Below are positions 28,203 to 42,228 of a DNA stretch of 64,000 nucleotides, piece after piece; the first letter of the stretch is position 1, and each line of letters begins with the position of its first letter. Origin of the DNA: an uncultured Rhizobiaceae bacterium (GTDB lineage: Bacteria > Pseudomonadota > Alphaproteobacteria > Rhizobiales > Rhizobiaceae). Position numbers and translations under genes: made by a program. The notes under the pieces are model-generated. The model was not told the origin of the DNA. It saw nothing but the letters and a program-made list of their open reading frames with translations, and did no database searches. The stretch lies in assembly GCA_947259295.1 (NCBI GenBank), contig CAMYMG010000020.1, positions 5,193 through 69,192 of the forward strand, read 5' to 3'.

Positions 28203-29305
28203 GCCTTGGCTCCACGCCGGCCAAAGCCGACCAGCGGCCGCGACACCTCATCGAGCGGCCAGCGCGAGCGCGGCACGAAAGACGCCGCGTCATCCTGCCC
28301 GAGACCGGCGCGCAACCGCTCTATGCCCGCCCATGCGATCATCGCGGCATTGTCCGTGCACAATTCATGCGGCGGCGCGATGAAGCGGAAGCCCTGCTGC
28401 GAGCACTGTGCCTCGAGTTCTGCCCTGATCTGCCTGTTGGCCGCGACGCCGCCGGCAACGACGAGCGCCGGCTGCGCAATGTCCGGAAATTCTTCGCGAA
28501 ACCGGGCGAGACTTCTTGCCACCCGGTCTGCCAGCGCATCCGAAACAGCCTCCTGGAACGAAGCGCAGACATCGGCGACATCGCTGTCGGAGAGCGGCGC
28601 TGCAGCCCCGGCGGCCTGGCGAACCGCGGTCTTGAGGCCCGAAAACGAGAAATCCGGTTGCGCCGAGCCCTTCATCGGTCGCGGGAAGGCGAAGCGCGAA
28701 GCATCGCCGCGCATTGCCTCCTTTTCCACATTCGGTCCGCCCGGATAGGCGAGCCCGAGCATCTTGGCCGTCTTGTCGAAGGCTTCGCCGAGCGCGTCGT
28801 CGATCGTGGTCGCCCAGCGCTGGTAGTCGCCCACGCCGCGAACCAGCACGATCTGCGTATGGCCGCCGGATACCAGCAGCAGCAGATAGGGAAACGCCAA
28901 TCCGTCGGTCAGGCGCGCCGTGAGCGCATGGCCTTCGAGGTGATTGATGGCGAGCAGCGGCTTGCCGGCCGCGGCGGCGATCGCCTTGGCCGTCATCAGC
29001 CCGACGATGAGTCCGCCGACCAGGCCCGGCCCGGCCGTCACGGCAACGGCGTCGACATCCGCCAGTCCCATTCCGGCATCTTCAAGCGCCGCCTCGACAA
29101 TTCCGTCGAGCGATTCCACATGCGCCCGCGCCGCGATCTCCGGCACCACGCCGCCGAAGGCGGCGTGCTCCTCGATCTGGCTGAGAACCACGCTGGAGCG
29201 TATCTCGGCAGCCTGATCGCCGCGCAGTTCGACGACGCTGGCTGCGGTCTCGTCGCAGCTTGTCTCGATGCCGAGAACCCGGATCAACCCGTCGCTTGAT
29301 TCCAT
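28199..29305 (-). CDS. tsaD: tRNA N6-adenosine threonylcarbamoyltransferase
   Basis: 368 aa ([29 protein letters not shown]). Confidence 0.95.
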   Translation of the reverse strand: MESSDGLIRVLGIETSCDETAASVVELRGDQAAEIRSSVVLSQIEEHAAFGGVVPEIAARAHVESLDGIVEAALEDAGMGLADVDAVAVTAGPGLVGGLIVGLMTAKAIAAAAGKPLLAINHLEGHALTARLTDGLAFPYLLLLVSGGHTQIVLVRGVGDYQRWATTIDDALGEAFDKTAKMLGLAYPGGPNVEKEAMRGDASRFAFPRPMKGSAQPDFSFSGLKTAVRQAAGAAAPLSDSDVADVCASFQEAVSDALADRVARSLARFREEFPDIAQPALVVAGGVAANRQIRAELEAQCSQQGFRFIAPPHELCTDNAAMIAWAGIERLRAGLGQDDAASFVPRSRWPLDEVSRPLVGFGRRGAKA

Positions 29306-29435
29306 GGTCGTTGCGCCAACGCTTCCTGCGATGCTGGCATGAGCTGCCCGAAAACGGGTTTCCCCTTTTCAGGATCATGCGTTAGGAGGTGGCGGCAAAA
29401 GTCCCGCCGCCGCGGGGGTTATCACGGACCGCGTC

Positions 29436-30365
29436 ATGCAAACAACCACGTTGAAGATCGGAACGCGCGGAAGTCCCCTGGCGCTGGCCCAGGCACAGGA
29501 AACCCGTTCACGGCTGATGGCGGCGCATGCGCTGCCGGAAACGGCTTTTTCCATCGACGTGATATCGACGAGCGGCGACCGCATCCAGGACCGCCCCCTG
29601 TCGGAGGTCGGCGGCAAGGGCCTGTTCACAAAGGAGATCGAGGAAGCGCTGCTGTCCGGACGCATCGATATCGCCGTGCATTCGTCGAAGGATATGGCCA
29701 CCAGGCTGCCGGAAGGCCTCGAACTCTCGGCTTTCCTTGAGCGGGAGGACCCGCGCGACGCCTTTGTCGGCAGGGCTTCAGCCTCGATCGAGGGCCTGCC
29801 GTTGGGCGCGACGGTCGGTTCTTCGTCGCTGCGCCGGCAGGCGCAGGTCCTGCGGCTGAGGCCCGACCTCAAGGTCGTCATGTTCCGCGGCAATGTGCAG
29901 ACGCGGCTGCGCAAGCTCGACGACGGCATTGCCGATGGCACGATCCTCGCGCTGGCGGGTCTGAATCGGCTCGGGATGCCGCATATCGCCACGGATGTGA
30001 TGTCCGTCGAGATGTTTCCGCCGGCTCCCGGCCAGGGCGCGATCGCCATCGAGACCCGAAGCGGCGATACGCGCATCAGCGAACTGGTCGCGGCGATCCA
30101 CCATGCCCCCACCGGCCATGCGCTGGTATGCGAGCGCGCCTTCCTGTCGGCACTCGACGGTTCCTGCCGCATGCCGCTTGCGGGCTATGCAGCAACGGAC
30201 GGCGACAGGCTTACCTTCAGCGGGTCCGTCCTTTCGCCCGACGGCACGCAATACTATCACGCTTCAGGCAACGGCAGCGCAGCCGACGCGGCCGAGATCG
30301 GACTGGCGGCCGCGGAGAAGGTGCGAGCGCAGGCTGGTCCGCGATTCTTCGATGACTGGGGCTGA
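29436..30365 (+). CDS. hemC: hydroxymethylbilane synthase (porphobilinogen deaminase)
   Basis: 309 aa ([30 protein letters not shown], dipyrromethane Cys context [10 protein letters not shown]). Confidence 0.95.
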   Translation: MQTTTLKIGTRGSPLALAQAQETRSRLMAAHALPETAFSIDVISTSGDRIQDRPLSEVGGKGLFTKEIEEALLSGRIDIAVHSSKDMATRLPEGLELSAFLEREDPRDAFVGRASASIEGLPLGATVGSSSLRRQAQVLRLRPDLKVVMFRGNVQTRLRKLDDGIADGTILALAGLNRLGMPHIATDVMSVEMFPPAPGQGAIAIETRSGDTRISELVAAIHHAPTGHALVCERAFLSALDGSCRMPLAGYAATDGDRLTFSGSVLSPDGTQYYHASGNGSAADAAEIGLAAAEKVRAQAGPRFFDDWG

Positions 30366-31086
30366 AACGCGCCGCCGCGTGCTTGTGACGCGGGCCGAGC
30401 CCGATGCCACCGAAACCGCACGGGTACTCGAGGCTTCCGGCTATCAGCCTCTTATCGTGCCGCTGTCTGAAATCAGGCCTCTGCCTGTCGAACTGTCAGC
30501 CTTGCCGCCGGACTTGGCCACGGTCGCAACGACGTCGGCAAACGCCGTTCGCAACCTGCCCCACCCGCTCGCCTCGGCACTGAAATCAGCCCACTGCTAC
30601 TGCGTAGGCGAGAAGACGGCCGAGGCAGCGCGCAGGGCCGGTTTTGCCGACATTGTCGAAGGTCGCGGCGATGCCGAGCAGCTTGCCGCTGCCATCATCG
30701 CATCGGGCGCCCCCGGACCCGTGGTCTATCTTTGCGGGCGCCTGCGCCGTCCGACATTCGAAGCCGCGCTCGCGTCTGCCGGGATTAAGGTGCTGCCACT
30801 TGAAACCTACGACACGGTTGCAGCCCCACTCGACGAAGCGACCGCATTAGAAGCCCTTGGCGGCATGGCGGTGGATGCCGCGCTGGTCTACTCCCTCACC
30901 GCGGCGGAAGCGCTAGCCAGGCTGTCGCGGCTGCCGGCAGTCTCTCGCCTTCTTGAAACGACCGAAATCTGTTGCATATCAGGACGGGTGGCGGCCGAAC
31001 TTCGCAGCTCCGGATTCACCCGAGTTCGCACCGCCACGGAACCAACTGAAGCCGGGCTGCTTTCCATTCTGGGCAATCCAACCTGA
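30352..31086 (+). CDS. hemD: uroporphyrinogen-III synthase
   Basis: 244 aa from the ATG at 30352 ([19 protein letters not shown]...), overlapping the hemC end by 14 nt. The HemD assignment rests on position after hemC and the V.VTR...A pattern. The family is weakly conserved. Confidence 0.8.
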   Translation: MTGAETRRRVLVTRAEPDATETARVLEASGYQPLIVPLSEIRPLPVELSALPPDLATVATTSANAVRNLPHPLASALKSAHCYCVGEKTAEAARRAGFADIVEGRGDAEQLAAAIIASGAPGPVVYLCGRLRRPTFEAALASAGIKVLPLETYDTVAAPLDEATALEALGGMAVDAALVYSLTAAEALARLSRLPAVSRLLETTEICCISGRVAAELRSSGFTRVRTATEPTEAGLLSILGNPT

Positions 31087-31178
31087 CCCCGTCATAACGC
31101 TGCCTCTTTTCTCGATGCACCGGTATGATAGGGATGTCCTGAACATCCTGAATACACAGTCACTTGCGGAGGCCGCTT

Positions 31179-32567
31179 ATGGTCAAGACCCCCAGGACCC
31201 GGCATTCCAAGACCAAGCGCGAGCCCGTCACCATCGAGCTCGAACCCGGTTCGGTGTCGCGCGTCGCTGATGAGTCCGAAGCCGCCACCACCCCATCAGG
31301 TTTCGAGGACGCCCCAGCCACCGACGAAAAAGCGTCTGCTTCCGCGTCGGACGACTCCAGCAAGGAAGCTGCCGTCGAGGCGAAGGCCGGCGATCCGGAA
31401 ACTTCCTCTTCGTCCGATTACAATCTCGACGAAACACCGCCGAATGACCGCGATACGGACGGCGAGAGGGCGCAGTCCCAGCCCGAACCCGCATCCACGG
31501 CACCGAGGAGTGGGTCGCGCCTACCGGTTTTCGCAGCCGGTGTTGTCGGCGCGATCGTCGCGCTGGTCGCTGCAGGACTGCTGCAATATGCCGGCATCCT
31601 TGGCACGCCCCGCACGCAGGTTGCTTCCGACCCGGGGTCGAGCCAGCTCGAGGGCGAGATCGCGACGCTGAAGTCGGAAGTCGCCGCTCTCAGAGACAAC
31701 CCGGCCACAGGTTCCGGTGTCGATCCCGCAACCGTCGAAAACCTGTCCGGCGCCGTCGAACAGGTGAAGACAGAAGTCGCATCGCTGCAGAAGGCGGTCG
31801 AGTCTGGCTCTGCTGGCGATACGGCCGGGTTGGAGGCGCTGCGCACGCGGATCGAGGACATCGACAGCCGGCTTGCCGGCCAGGCCCAGAATGCGAGCGG
31901 CCCGTCTCCCGAAGACATCGCCGCCCTTAACGAGCGGATTGCCGCAATCGAGGCACAGGTGAAGTCAGCCGACGAAGCGAACACGGCAATCGATGGCAGG
32001 CTCGGCGCCTTCGAACAAAGCCTCCAGGGCCTGTCTTCGAAAGTCGAGGCGCAGGCCGGCCAGCCGAAGATTGCGCTGGCGATCGCCTCCTCGGCACTGA
32101 AGTCGGCGATCGAGCGCGGCGTGCCGTTCCAGTCGGAAATCGAGACATTCGCGGCCATTGCCCCAGAGTCACCCGACATTGCCGATCTCCGCACCTATGC
32201 CGAGGACGGCGTTGCGACGCAGGCCGAGCTTGTTGCCGAAACAGATGCGGCCGCCAACGCAATGATCGCAGCCGCGGCACCGCCCAAGAAGGATGCCGGC
32301 ATTGTCGAGCGCCTGCTGACGAGCGCCGAGTCGCTCGTTTCGGTCCGCCCCATCGGCGCAGTCGAGGGCGACGGCGTGCCGGAAATCGTCGCGCGCATGG
32401 AAGTCGCCATCCAGGCCGGCGATCTGGAAAAGGCGCTCGCCGAGTATGAGACCTTGCCCGAGCCGGCCAAGGCAGCCGGTGCGGCTTTCGCCGAAAGGAT
32501 CAGGGCGCGCGTGCAGGTCGAGAAACTCGCCGATCAGGCCGTGGCCGGCGCGATGCAGGCCGAGTGA
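31179..32567 (+). CDS. alphaproteobacterial Mic60/mitofilin-like membrane protein
   Basis: 462 aa from the ATG at 31179 (GGAGG 7 nt upstream). Acidic N-terminus, one TM (LPVFAAGVVGAIVALVAAGLL), a long coiled coil and a C-terminal mitofilin-like block (LVSVRPIGAVEGDGVPEIVARMEVAIQAGDLEKALAEYETLP). Located between hemD and a hemY-like gene. Confidence 0.7.
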   Translation: MVKTPRTRHSKTKREPVTIELEPGSVSRVADESEAATTPSGFEDAPATDEKASASASDDSSKEAAVEAKAGDPETSSSSDYNLDETPPNDRDTDGERAQSQPEPASTAPRSGSRLPVFAAGVVGAIVALVAAGLLQYAGILGTPRTQVASDPGSSQLEGEIATLKSEVAALRDNPATGSGVDPATVENLSGAVEQVKTEVASLQKAVESGSAGDTAGLEALRTRIEDIDSRLAGQAQNASGPSPEDIAALNERIAAIEAQVKSADEANTAIDGRLGAFEQSLQGLSSKVEAQAGQPKIALAIASSALKSAIERGVPFQSEIETFAAIAPESPDIADLRTYAEDGVATQAELVAETDAAANAMIAAAAPPKKDAGIVERLLTSAESLVSVRPIGAVEGDGVPEIVARMEVAIQAGDLEKALAEYETLPEPAKAAGAAFAERIRARVQVEKLADQAVAGAMQAE

Positions 32568-32577
32568 GGACGTCGAC

Positions 32578-34242
32578 ATGATCCGCATCCTCATTTTCCT
32601 GATTTTCATCCTGGCGCTCGCCGCGGGCTTTGCCTGGCTCGCTGACCGCCCGGGCGACATGCTTGTCACCTTTGGTGGCTACCAGTACCGCGTCAGCCTC
32701 ATGGTGGCCGCCGTCGCCGTGACGGCTGTTGTCGCCGCCGTCATGATCGCCTGGTGGCTGATCAAGTCGATATGGAACAGCCCCTATACGATCGCCCGCT
32801 ATTTCCGCGTGCGGCAGCGCGACCGGGGCTATCAGGCACTGTCGACCGGCTTGATCGCCGCCGGCGCCGGCGATGCAGCACTTGCCCGCAAGATGAACAA
32901 GCAGGCGGCGAAGCTCATCCGTTCCGATACCGAGCCGCTGATCCACCTGCTAGACGCCCAGGCATCTCTGCTCGAGGGCGACCACGACTCGGCACGCGAA
33001 AAATTCGAGCGCATGCTGGACGACCCCGAAATGCGGCTGCTCGGCCTGCGCGGCCTCTATCTCGAGGCCGAGCGTCTTGGCGACCGCACCGCTGCTCAGC
33101 ACTACGCCGCGCGTGCGGCCGATGTCGCGCCGCAACTCGGCTGGGCCTCCGAATCGACGCTGGAAGAAAAGACGGCGCGCGGCGACTGGGACGGCGCCAT
33201 CAAGCTTGTCGACGCGCAGGCCTCGACGCGACAGATCGAACGCGATGCCGCGAACCGGCGTCGCGCCGTGCTTCTGACCGCCAAGGCCGAGGATCTTCTC
33301 GACAGCGATCCCGTCGCCGCCCGTGCGGCAGCGATCGAGGCCAATCGTCTGCGCCCCGATTTTGCGCCGGCCGCCGTTGCAGCCGCCAAGGCTCTGTTCA
33401 AGCAGGACGACACCAAGCGCGGGGCCAAGATTCTCGAGGCGGCATGGAAGGCCGAGCCCCATCCGGAAGTTGCCGATCTCTACATCCATGCAAGGCATGG
33501 CGACGCTGTGCATGACCGCCTCAAGCGGGCGAGGAAGCTCGAGGCGCTCAAGCAGAACCATGTGGAATCGTCGCTCGCGGTTGCCCGCGCGGCTCTCGAT
33601 GCCAAGGAGTTCGGCGAAGCCCGCAAGGCCGCGGAGGCTGCCATCCGCATCCAGCCGCGCGAAGGCGCCTATCTCCTGCTCGCAGACATCGAAGAACTGG
33701 AGACCGGCGACCAGGGCCGAGTCCGGCAGCTGCTGTCGAAGGCGGTCCGCGCCCCACGCGACCCTGCCTGGGTTGCCGACGGCTATGTGTCCGAGCATTG
33801 GGCGCCGGTATCGCCGGTGACCGGCAAGCTCGACGCGTTCGAATGGCGGGTGCCCGTCGAACGTATCGGCCAGTTGATCGAACAGGACGATGCGGACGGG
33901 CAGGCCATGCGCCCGTCACTGGCGCCGCCGGTGGAAGACATTGACGTCGAAGAAGCCGAGCCCGTAGTGATCCCGGCCGAGAAACAGCCAGTTGCCGCCA
34001 AGCCAGCGGCCGCCGCTGCCGGCGAGACCGTTGCCGTCCCTGACAAGGACGTTCCGGCGAAGGAAGAGGCCGCTCCGGCAGAAGCGGCTGAGCCCGCGAG
34101 GCCACCGGACGCGTCGGACCCGGCCGATCCGGAGGACACGGCTGACGCGCTGCCCTCCAATGTCGTCAGGCTGCCTGACGACCCCGGCGTCGATCCGGAA
34201 GAAGGCTCTGAGAAGCCTGAAAGCCGGTTCCGTCTGTTCTGA
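32578..34242 (+). CDS. HemY_N/TPR domain protein (HemY-like)
   Basis: 554 aa from the ATG at 32578 (MIRILIFLIFILALAAGFAWLADRPG...). Two N-terminal TM helices, TPR-like repeats and a Pro/Ala/Glu-rich tail. Confidence 0.8.
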   Translation: MIRILIFLIFILALAAGFAWLADRPGDMLVTFGGYQYRVSLMVAAVAVTAVVAAVMIAWWLIKSIWNSPYTIARYFRVRQRDRGYQALSTGLIAAGAGDAALARKMNKQAAKLIRSDTEPLIHLLDAQASLLEGDHDSAREKFERMLDDPEMRLLGLRGLYLEAERLGDRTAAQHYAARAADVAPQLGWASESTLEEKTARGDWDGAIKLVDAQASTRQIERDAANRRRAVLLTAKAEDLLDSDPVAARAAAIEANRLRPDFAPAAVAAAKALFKQDDTKRGAKILEAAWKAEPHPEVADLYIHARHGDAVHDRLKRARKLEALKQNHVESSLAVARAALDAKEFGEARKAAEAAIRIQPREGAYLLLADIEELETGDQGRVRQLLSKAVRAPRDPAWVADGYVSEHWAPVSPVTGKLDAFEWRVPVERIGQLIEQDDADGQAMRPSLAPPVEDIDVEEAEPVVIPAEKQPVAAKPAAAAAGETVAVPDKDVPAKEEAAPAEAAEPARPPDASDPADPEDTADALPSNVVRLPDDPGVDPEEGSEKPESRFRLF

Positions 34243-34274
34243 ACCAAAAGCGATAATTGGCGCCTGGGGGAAAC

Positions 34275-34766
34275 ATGTTCGATCGTGTCGTTGCCTTTCT
34301 GAAGAAATTGCCGGCTGGAAGCGAAGGCGGGACCAGCGGTCCCGCGGCTGACGATCCCCGCGTCGCAGCCGCGGCGCTGATGTACCACATCATGGACGCC
34401 GACGGCGTTCGCCAGGACGTCGAGTGGGAGCGGATGAAGCAGATCCTGAGCGAGTCCTACGGCGTCACCGGCGAGGCACTCGATCGGCTCGTGGCCGCCG
34501 GGGGCGAGGCTGACGAAGATGCCGTCGATCTCTATTCGTTCACCAGCGTCCTCAAGCGTCACCTCGATGCCGAGGAGCGGGTGGAATTCATCGGACTGAT
34601 GTGGGAGATCGTCTTTGCGGACGGCGAGATGCACGAACTTGAGGAAAACATCCTGTGGCGCATCGCCGAACTGATCGGTGTCGACCGGCGCGACCGCATC
34701 CTCGAGCGCCAGAAGGCGCAGCGTAACGCACCCGATGCAATTGGCAGGGCGACCGAAGAAGACTGA
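34275..34766 (+). CDS. TerB-family (tellurite-resistance-like, COG4103) protein
   Basis: 163 aa from the ATG at 34275. Has the repeated D.DG....E pattern (IMDADGVRQDVE, VFADGEMHELE). Confidence 0.75.
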   Translation: MFDRVVAFLKKLPAGSEGGTSGPAADDPRVAAAALMYHIMDADGVRQDVEWERMKQILSESYGVTGEALDRLVAAGGEADEDAVDLYSFTSVLKRHLDAEERVEFIGLMWEIVFADGEMHELEENILWRIAELIGVDRRDRILERQKAQRNAPDAIGRATEED

Positions 34767-34771
34767 CATCG

Positions 34772-35488
34772 ATGCCGACTCTCGACGTTCAGCGACCCAA
34801 GGTTCTGGTGGTTTTGCACCAGGAACGATCAAGCCCCGGCAGAGTGGGTCACGTATTGCTGGAATCGGGCTTCGACCTCGATATCCGCCGGCCGCCGCTT
34901 GGCGACCCCCTTCCCGACACGCTCGACGGCCATGCCGGTGCAGTCGTTTTCGGCGGCCCCATGAGCGCCAATGATGAGGACGAGTTCGTCCGCCGCGAGA
35001 CGGACTGGCTGCAGGTGCCGCTTCGGGAGGACCGGCCTTTCCTCGGCATCTGCCTCGGCGCCCAGATGCTGGTCAACCATCTCGGCGGCAAGGTCGAGGG
35101 CCACGACAAGGGTCTGGTGGAGATAGGCTGGTACCCGCTCGAGCCGACTGAGGACGGCAAGGCGCTGATGCAGTGGCCGGAGATGGTCTATCAGTTTCAC
35201 AGGGAAGGCTTTTCGCTTCCTTCCGGCGCCACCCTGCTTGCGACAGCCGAGACCTATAAAAACCAGGCTTTTCGCTATGGAAACAATGCCTGGGGCATCC
35301 AGTTTCACGCCGAACTGACGCAGATGATGATGCAGCGCTGGGTCGTGCACGGCGCGCATCGCTTCGAGCTGCCCGGGGCCCAGCCCGGTCGCGACCATCT
35401 CGGTGGGCGGCTGATCTGGGACATTCACCTGAAGCGCTGGCTGCATGAGTTCCTCGAAACCATCTTCGGCACACCTGCCCGAGGCTAG
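34772..35488 (+). CDS. class I glutamine amidotransferase (GATase1) family protein
   Basis: 238 aa with nucleophile elbow PFLGICLGAQML and downstream QFHAE. Its stop overlaps the stop of the convergent MFS gene (CTAG). Confidence 0.85.
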   Translation: MPTLDVQRPKVLVVLHQERSSPGRVGHVLLESGFDLDIRRPPLGDPLPDTLDGHAGAVVFGGPMSANDEDEFVRRETDWLQVPLREDRPFLGICLGAQMLVNHLGGKVEGHDKGLVEIGWYPLEPTEDGKALMQWPEMVYQFHREGFSLPSGATLLATAETYKNQAFRYGNNAWGIQFHAELTQMMMQRWVVHGAHRFELPGAQPGRDHLGGRLIWDIHLKRWLHEFLETIFGTPARG

Positions 35489-36723
35489 TCGAGATCGCGC
35501 CCCTCAAGGTGCCTGATGCGCCTGAGTTCGGGAAACAGGTAAGCCCAGATCCCGGCGACCGCGACGGCGCCGACGCCGCCAAACACCACCGCCGGAACCG
35601 TGCCGATCAGGGCCGCCATCGTCCCGGCGCGAAATTCCCCGAGCTCGTTGGACGCGCCGACGAACACCATGTTGACCGCGTTGACCCGCCCGCGCACCAC
35701 ATCCGGCGTCCAGAGCTGGATCAGCGTCTCGCGCACATAGACGCTGATCATGTCCGCCGCCCCTAGCAGGGCCAGCGCGGCGATCGACAGCCACGGCACG
35801 GTGGAGACGCCGAAAACCACGGTGAGGACGCCAAACAGCGCCACGAAGCCGAACATCAGGGCACCGGCGTGATCGCGCAATGGATGGCCGGCAAGCCAGA
35901 CCGCCACCAGGATCGCACCCACGCCCGGTGCCGCGCGCAACAGGCCGAGCCCCCACGGGCCGAGTTCGAGTATGTCGCGCGCATAGACCGGCAGCAGCGC
36001 GACGGCGCCCGACAGCAGCACGGCGAACAGGTCGAGCGAGATGGCGCCCAGCACCACTTTCTCGCCCATGATGTAGCGGATGCCGGCAAACAGGGTTTCG
36101 ACCGTCGGCTTGTCGGTGGAACTGCGCTGCTTCGGCTTGGGGATCGAGAAGATAAGCACCGTACCTGCGGCCATCATCACGGCGGCCGTGCCGTAGGCGA
36201 TCTCCGGCGACAGGCCGTAAAGCAGGCCGCCGGCCACCGGTCCGACGATCGTCGCCGTCTGCCAGGCCGACGAGTTCCACGCCACCGCATTGGCGAAGAT
36301 CTCCTTCGGCACCAGATTGGCGACCAGCGAGGCCGAGGCCGGACCGAAGAAGGCCCGCGCGATGCCGAACACCCCGAGCACGCCGAAGATGGGTCCGGGC
36401 CCGGTCAGGCCATGCCAGGAGAACAACACCAGCGCGAGCGCACAGAGCGCCTCCAGGCCGGCCGAGATACCCATGATGAGACGCCGCCCGAACCGGTCCG
36501 CAACCGCGCCCGTGACGAGCACGAGGAGCAGCGCGGGCAGGAACTGGATGATGCCGACCAGCCCGAGGTCGAGCGGATCGCGCGTCAGGTCATAGATCTG
36601 CCAGCCGACCGCGACGGACACGATCTGCGTCGAGAAGGTCGCGAGAAAGCGTGCGATCCAGAAGCGCAGGAATGCGCTCTCGCGGAAGGCTGCATAGCGC
36701 TGGTCTGGTGTCTGCGAGGTCAT
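35485..36723 (-). CDS. MFS transporter (EntS/DUF894-like)
   Basis: About 12 TM helices with the MFS loop motif GAVADRFGRR. The ATG at 36721-36723 is preferred over the track's GTG at 36732. Confidence 0.85.
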   Translation of the reverse strand: MTSQTPDQRYAAFRESAFLRFWIARFLATFSTQIVSVAVGWQIYDLTRDPLDLGLVGIIQFLPALLLVLVTGAVADRFGRRLIMGISAGLEALCALALVLFSWHGLTGPGPIFGVLGVFGIARAFFGPASASLVANLVPKEIFANAVAWNSSAWQTATIVGPVAGGLLYGLSPEIAYGTAAVMMAAGTVLIFSIPKPKQRSSTDKPTVETLFAGIRYIMGEKVVLGAISLDLFAVLLSGAVALLPVYARDILELGPWGLGLLRAAPGVGAILVAVWLAGHPLRDHAGALMFGFVALFGVLTVVFGVSTVPWLSIAALALLGAADMISVYVRETLIQLWTPDVVRGRVNAVNMVFVGASNELGEFRAGTMAALIGTVPAVVFGGVGAVAVAGIWAYLFPELRRIRHLEGRDLD

Positions 36724-36833
36724 TGCCGGCACGCTGGGATGAGGCCGGCAGGATTGTCCGACCAGTCTGCTCTAGCGCAGAATTCATGATCTGGCCCGCG
36801 GTTTGCGGCTGCTGGACCAGTCGAAACTCGCGC

Positions 36834-36870
36834 TCCAAACAAAAAGCCGGACCATAGGGCCCGGCTTTCG
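36834..36870 (-). terminator. intrinsic terminator after atpC
   Basis: AAAGCCGG / CCGGCTTT stem. On the minus strand it is followed by TTTTTGTTTGG, about 20 nt past the atpC stop. Confidence 0.75.
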
Positions 36871-36890
36871 GATTTCGGATTGTACCCGGG

Positions 36891-37298
36891 TCAGCCCGGA
36901 ATGACGGCACCTTCCAGCGTCGTGAGTTGATGCAGGAACTGCTCGGCCTTGGTGCGCGCATGATCGTCATGCGCGTTGGCCGCATCCTCGCGTGCCTTCT
37001 CGATGCGCTTGGCAATGTCGCCCGGTTCGACGTCGGCCATGAGCATCGCCGATTCGGCCAGCAGCGTGCAGCCCGTAGGCAGGATGTCGGCAAAGCCGCC
37101 GAACACCACGAAACGCTCCGTCGCCCCGGCCGCCGTCTTGACGGTAACGACACCCGGATTGACCGTGGTCATCACGGGCGAGTGGTTGGCCATCACGGTC
37201 ATTTCACCTTCGGCACCGGGAATGACAACAGACTCGACCTGCTCCGAAACGAGCAGGCGCTCGGGCGAAACCAGTTCGAATTGGAAAGCTTCAGCCAT
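36891..37298 (-). CDS. atpC: F1 ATP synthase epsilon subunit
   Basis: 135 aa (FELVSPERLL...V.IPG.EGEM.V...H). Last gene of atpHAGDC. Confidence 0.95.
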   Translation of the reverse strand: MAEAFQFELVSPERLLVSEQVESVVIPGAEGEMTVMANHSPVMTTVNPGVVTVKTAAGATERFVVFGGFADILPTGCTLLAESAMLMADVEPGDIAKRIEKAREDAANAHDDHARTKAEQFLHQLTTLEGAVIPG

Positions 37299-37365
37299 CT
37301 CTTCTCACAGCGCTGTTTATGCCGGTACAGGCGGCAAGCCCGCCTGCACCCAGGTCAGTTTCTGC

Positions 37366-39884
<2,519 letters not shown>

Positions 39885-39900
39885 GCCCTGTCCGTCACTC

Positions 39901-41430
39901 TCAGGCGAAGTTCTTCGCGAAGGCGTCGATATGGGCCTTCAGCTTGTCGCGAAGTTCGTCGCTCAGCGCCTTCTCCTTGCGGATGGCCTCGAGCACGTCC
40001 TTGCCGTCGGAGCGCATGTGCGCCAGCAGGCCCTGCTCGAACTTGCTGATCTGGTTCAGCGCCAGCTTGTCGAGATAGCCGTTGACGCCTGCGAAGATCA
40101 CGGCGACCTGCTCCTCGGTCTTCAGCGGCGAGAACTGCGGCTGCTTGAGAAGCTCGGTGAGGCGTGCGCCGCGGTTGAGCAGGCGCTGCGTCGCGGCGTC
40201 GAGATCCGAGCCGAACTGCGCGAAGGCCGCCATCTCGCGATACTGTGCGAGTTCGCCCTTGATCGAGCCGGCGACCTGCTTCATCGCCTTGATCTGGGCC
40301 GCCGAGCCGACGCGTGACACCGAGAGGCCGACGTTCACGGCAGGACGGATGCCCTGGAAGAACAGCGTCGTCTCGAGGAAGATCTGGCCGTCGGTGATCG
40401 AGATCACGTTGGTCGGGATGTAGGCCGACACGTCGTTGGCCTGCGTCTCGATGATCGGCAGAGCCGTCAGCGAGCCGCTGCCATTGTCCTTGTTCAACTT
40501 TGCAGCACGCTCCAGCAGGCGCGAGTGCAGGTAGAAGACGTCACCCGGGTACGCTTCACGGCCTGGCGGGCGGCGCAGCAGCAGCGACACCTGGCGGTAT
40601 GCGACGGCCTGCTTCGACAGATCGTCGTAGCTGATCAGCGCGTGCATGCCGTTGTCGCGGAAGTACTCGCCCATGGCGCAGCCCGAGAAGGGGGCCAGAA
40701 ACTGCATCGGCGCCGGGTCCGAAGCGGTCGCGGCGATGATGATCGAATACTGGAGCGCGCCGCGCTCCTCGAGAACCTTCACGAACTGCGCGACGGTCGA
40801 GCGCTTCTGGCCGACGGCGACGTAGACGCAGTAAAGCTTGTCCGTTTCCGGGCCGTTGTCGTGCACCGACTTCTGGTTGAGGATCGTGTCGAGAATGATG
40901 GCGGTCTTGCCGGTCTGACGGTCGCCGATGACCAGCTCGCGCTGGCCGCGGCCGACCGGGATCAGCGCGTCGATGGCCTTGAGGCCGGTCGACATCGGCT
41001 CGTTGACCGACTGGCGCGGGATGATGCCGGGCGCCTTGACGTCGACGCGGCGGCGTTCGGTCGCCTTGATCGGACCCTTGCCGTCGATCGGATTGCCGAG
41101 CGCGTCGACGACGCGGCCGAGCAGGCCCGGACCGACGGGAACGTCGACGATCGAACCCGTGCGCTTGACGATGTCGCCTTCCTTGATGTCGCGGTCAGCA
41201 CCGAAGATGACGACGCCGACATTGTCGCTTTCAAGATTGAGCGCCATGCCGCGGATGCCGCCTGGAAACTCGACCATCTCGCCGGCCTGGACATTGTCGA
41301 GGCCATAGACGCGGGCGATGCCGTCGCCGACCGACAGGACCTGGCCGACTTCGGAGACTTCGGCCTCTTTGCCGAAATTCTTGATCTGGTCTTTGAGAAT
41401 TGCGGAAATTTCCGCGGCGCGGATGTCCAT
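39901..41430 (-). CDS. atpA: F1 ATP synthase alpha subunit
   Basis: 509 aa with Walker A GDRQTGKT. Confidence 0.97.
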   Translation of the reverse strand: MDIRAAEISAILKDQIKNFGKEAEVSEVGQVLSVGDGIARVYGLDNVQAGEMVEFPGGIRGMALNLESDNVGVVIFGADRDIKEGDIVKRTGSIVDVPVGPGLLGRVVDALGNPIDGKGPIKATERRRVDVKAPGIIPRQSVNEPMSTGLKAIDALIPVGRGQRELVIGDRQTGKTAIILDTILNQKSVHDNGPETDKLYCVYVAVGQKRSTVAQFVKVLEERGALQYSIIIAATASDPAPMQFLAPFSGCAMGEYFRDNGMHALISYDDLSKQAVAYRQVSLLLRRPPGREAYPGDVFYLHSRLLERAAKLNKDNGSGSLTALPIIETQANDVSAYIPTNVISITDGQIFLETTLFFQGIRPAVNVGLSVSRVGSAAQIKAMKQVAGSIKGELAQYREMAAFAQFGSDLDAATQRLLNRGARLTELLKQPQFSPLKTEEQVAVIFAGVNGYLDKLALNQISKFEQGLLAHMRSDGKDVLEAIRKEKALSDELRDKLKAHIDAFAKNFA

Positions 41431-41990
41431 CAGCCGACCTCTTTCAGTGCAAGCTTGAGCGAATTAAGTTTTGTTTTGAGCGACGTATCTATCTGGCGCG
41501 AGCCGATCTTGACGACCAGTCCGCCGAGCAGCGACGGATCGACCGCCGCCGAGATCACCACGTCCTTGCCGGCCACCCCTTTCAGGGCCGTGGTCAGTTC
41601 GGACTTCTGCGCGGCGGTCAGCGGGTGAGCCGACACGACATCGGCGGTCACTTCGCCACGCTGTTCGGCAGCAATGCTGCGGAACGACTTGATGATCGTC
41701 GGGATGGCGAACAGACGCCGGTTCCTGGCCACGACGCGCAGGAAGTTTCCGACCAGCCCCGTGATCTTGGCCTTGTCGGCGATGGCCACGACTGACTTGT
41801 ACTGTTCGTCAGCCGAAAACACCGGGCTCTTGATCATGCGGGTGAGATCGTCGCTGCCGTTCAGCAACTCTTCGAAGCGGCTGAGGTCCGTTTCGACCTT
41901 GGCGACTGAATTGGACTGAAGCGCAAGTTCAAACAGCGAACCCGCATAGCGATCGGCGATACCTGAGATTGGCGAGCTGGACTTTGCCAC
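41430..41990 (-). CDS. atpH: F1 ATP synthase delta (OSCP) subunit
   Basis: 186 aa from a GTG start ([23 protein letters not shown]...). The atpH stop and the atpA start overlap by 1 nt (TGATG). Confidence 0.88.
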   Translation of the reverse strand: MAKSSSPISGIADRYAGSLFELALQSNSVAKVETDLSRFEELLNGSDDLTRMIKSPVFSADEQYKSVVAIADKAKITGLVGNFLRVVARNRRLFAIPTIIKSFRSIAAEQRGEVTADVVSAHPLTAAQKSELTTALKGVAGKDVVISAAVDPSLLGGLVVKIGSRQIDTSLKTKLNSLKLALKEVG

Positions 41991-42228
41991 TGATCGTCTT
42001 TTCTCTTCTCTGGTTGGCCCGCGATTTATGCAACGCCAGCCGGAAAAGCTGACTAAATCATTGGCCTCACTGGAATTTCTCGACCCCGGGCGCACACAGT
42101 CCGCATCCCCCTGCCGAAAGTCGATTGCCGTCTAGCACAGGCTTTTGGAGACCGCAACACGTTGCCGGAAAGGCCTTTCGGGCGCTATTGTCGCACTCTG
42201 CACCGGCCCGGCGCAAGCTGGCTTCGAT

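Noticed and set aside
26436-28748. 770-aa ORF on the plus strand
   Set aside because: It runs antisense through four independently recognisable minus-strand genes (EVE, yciI, gpsA, tsaD). It is Arg-rich and low in complexity, so it is a shadow ORF.
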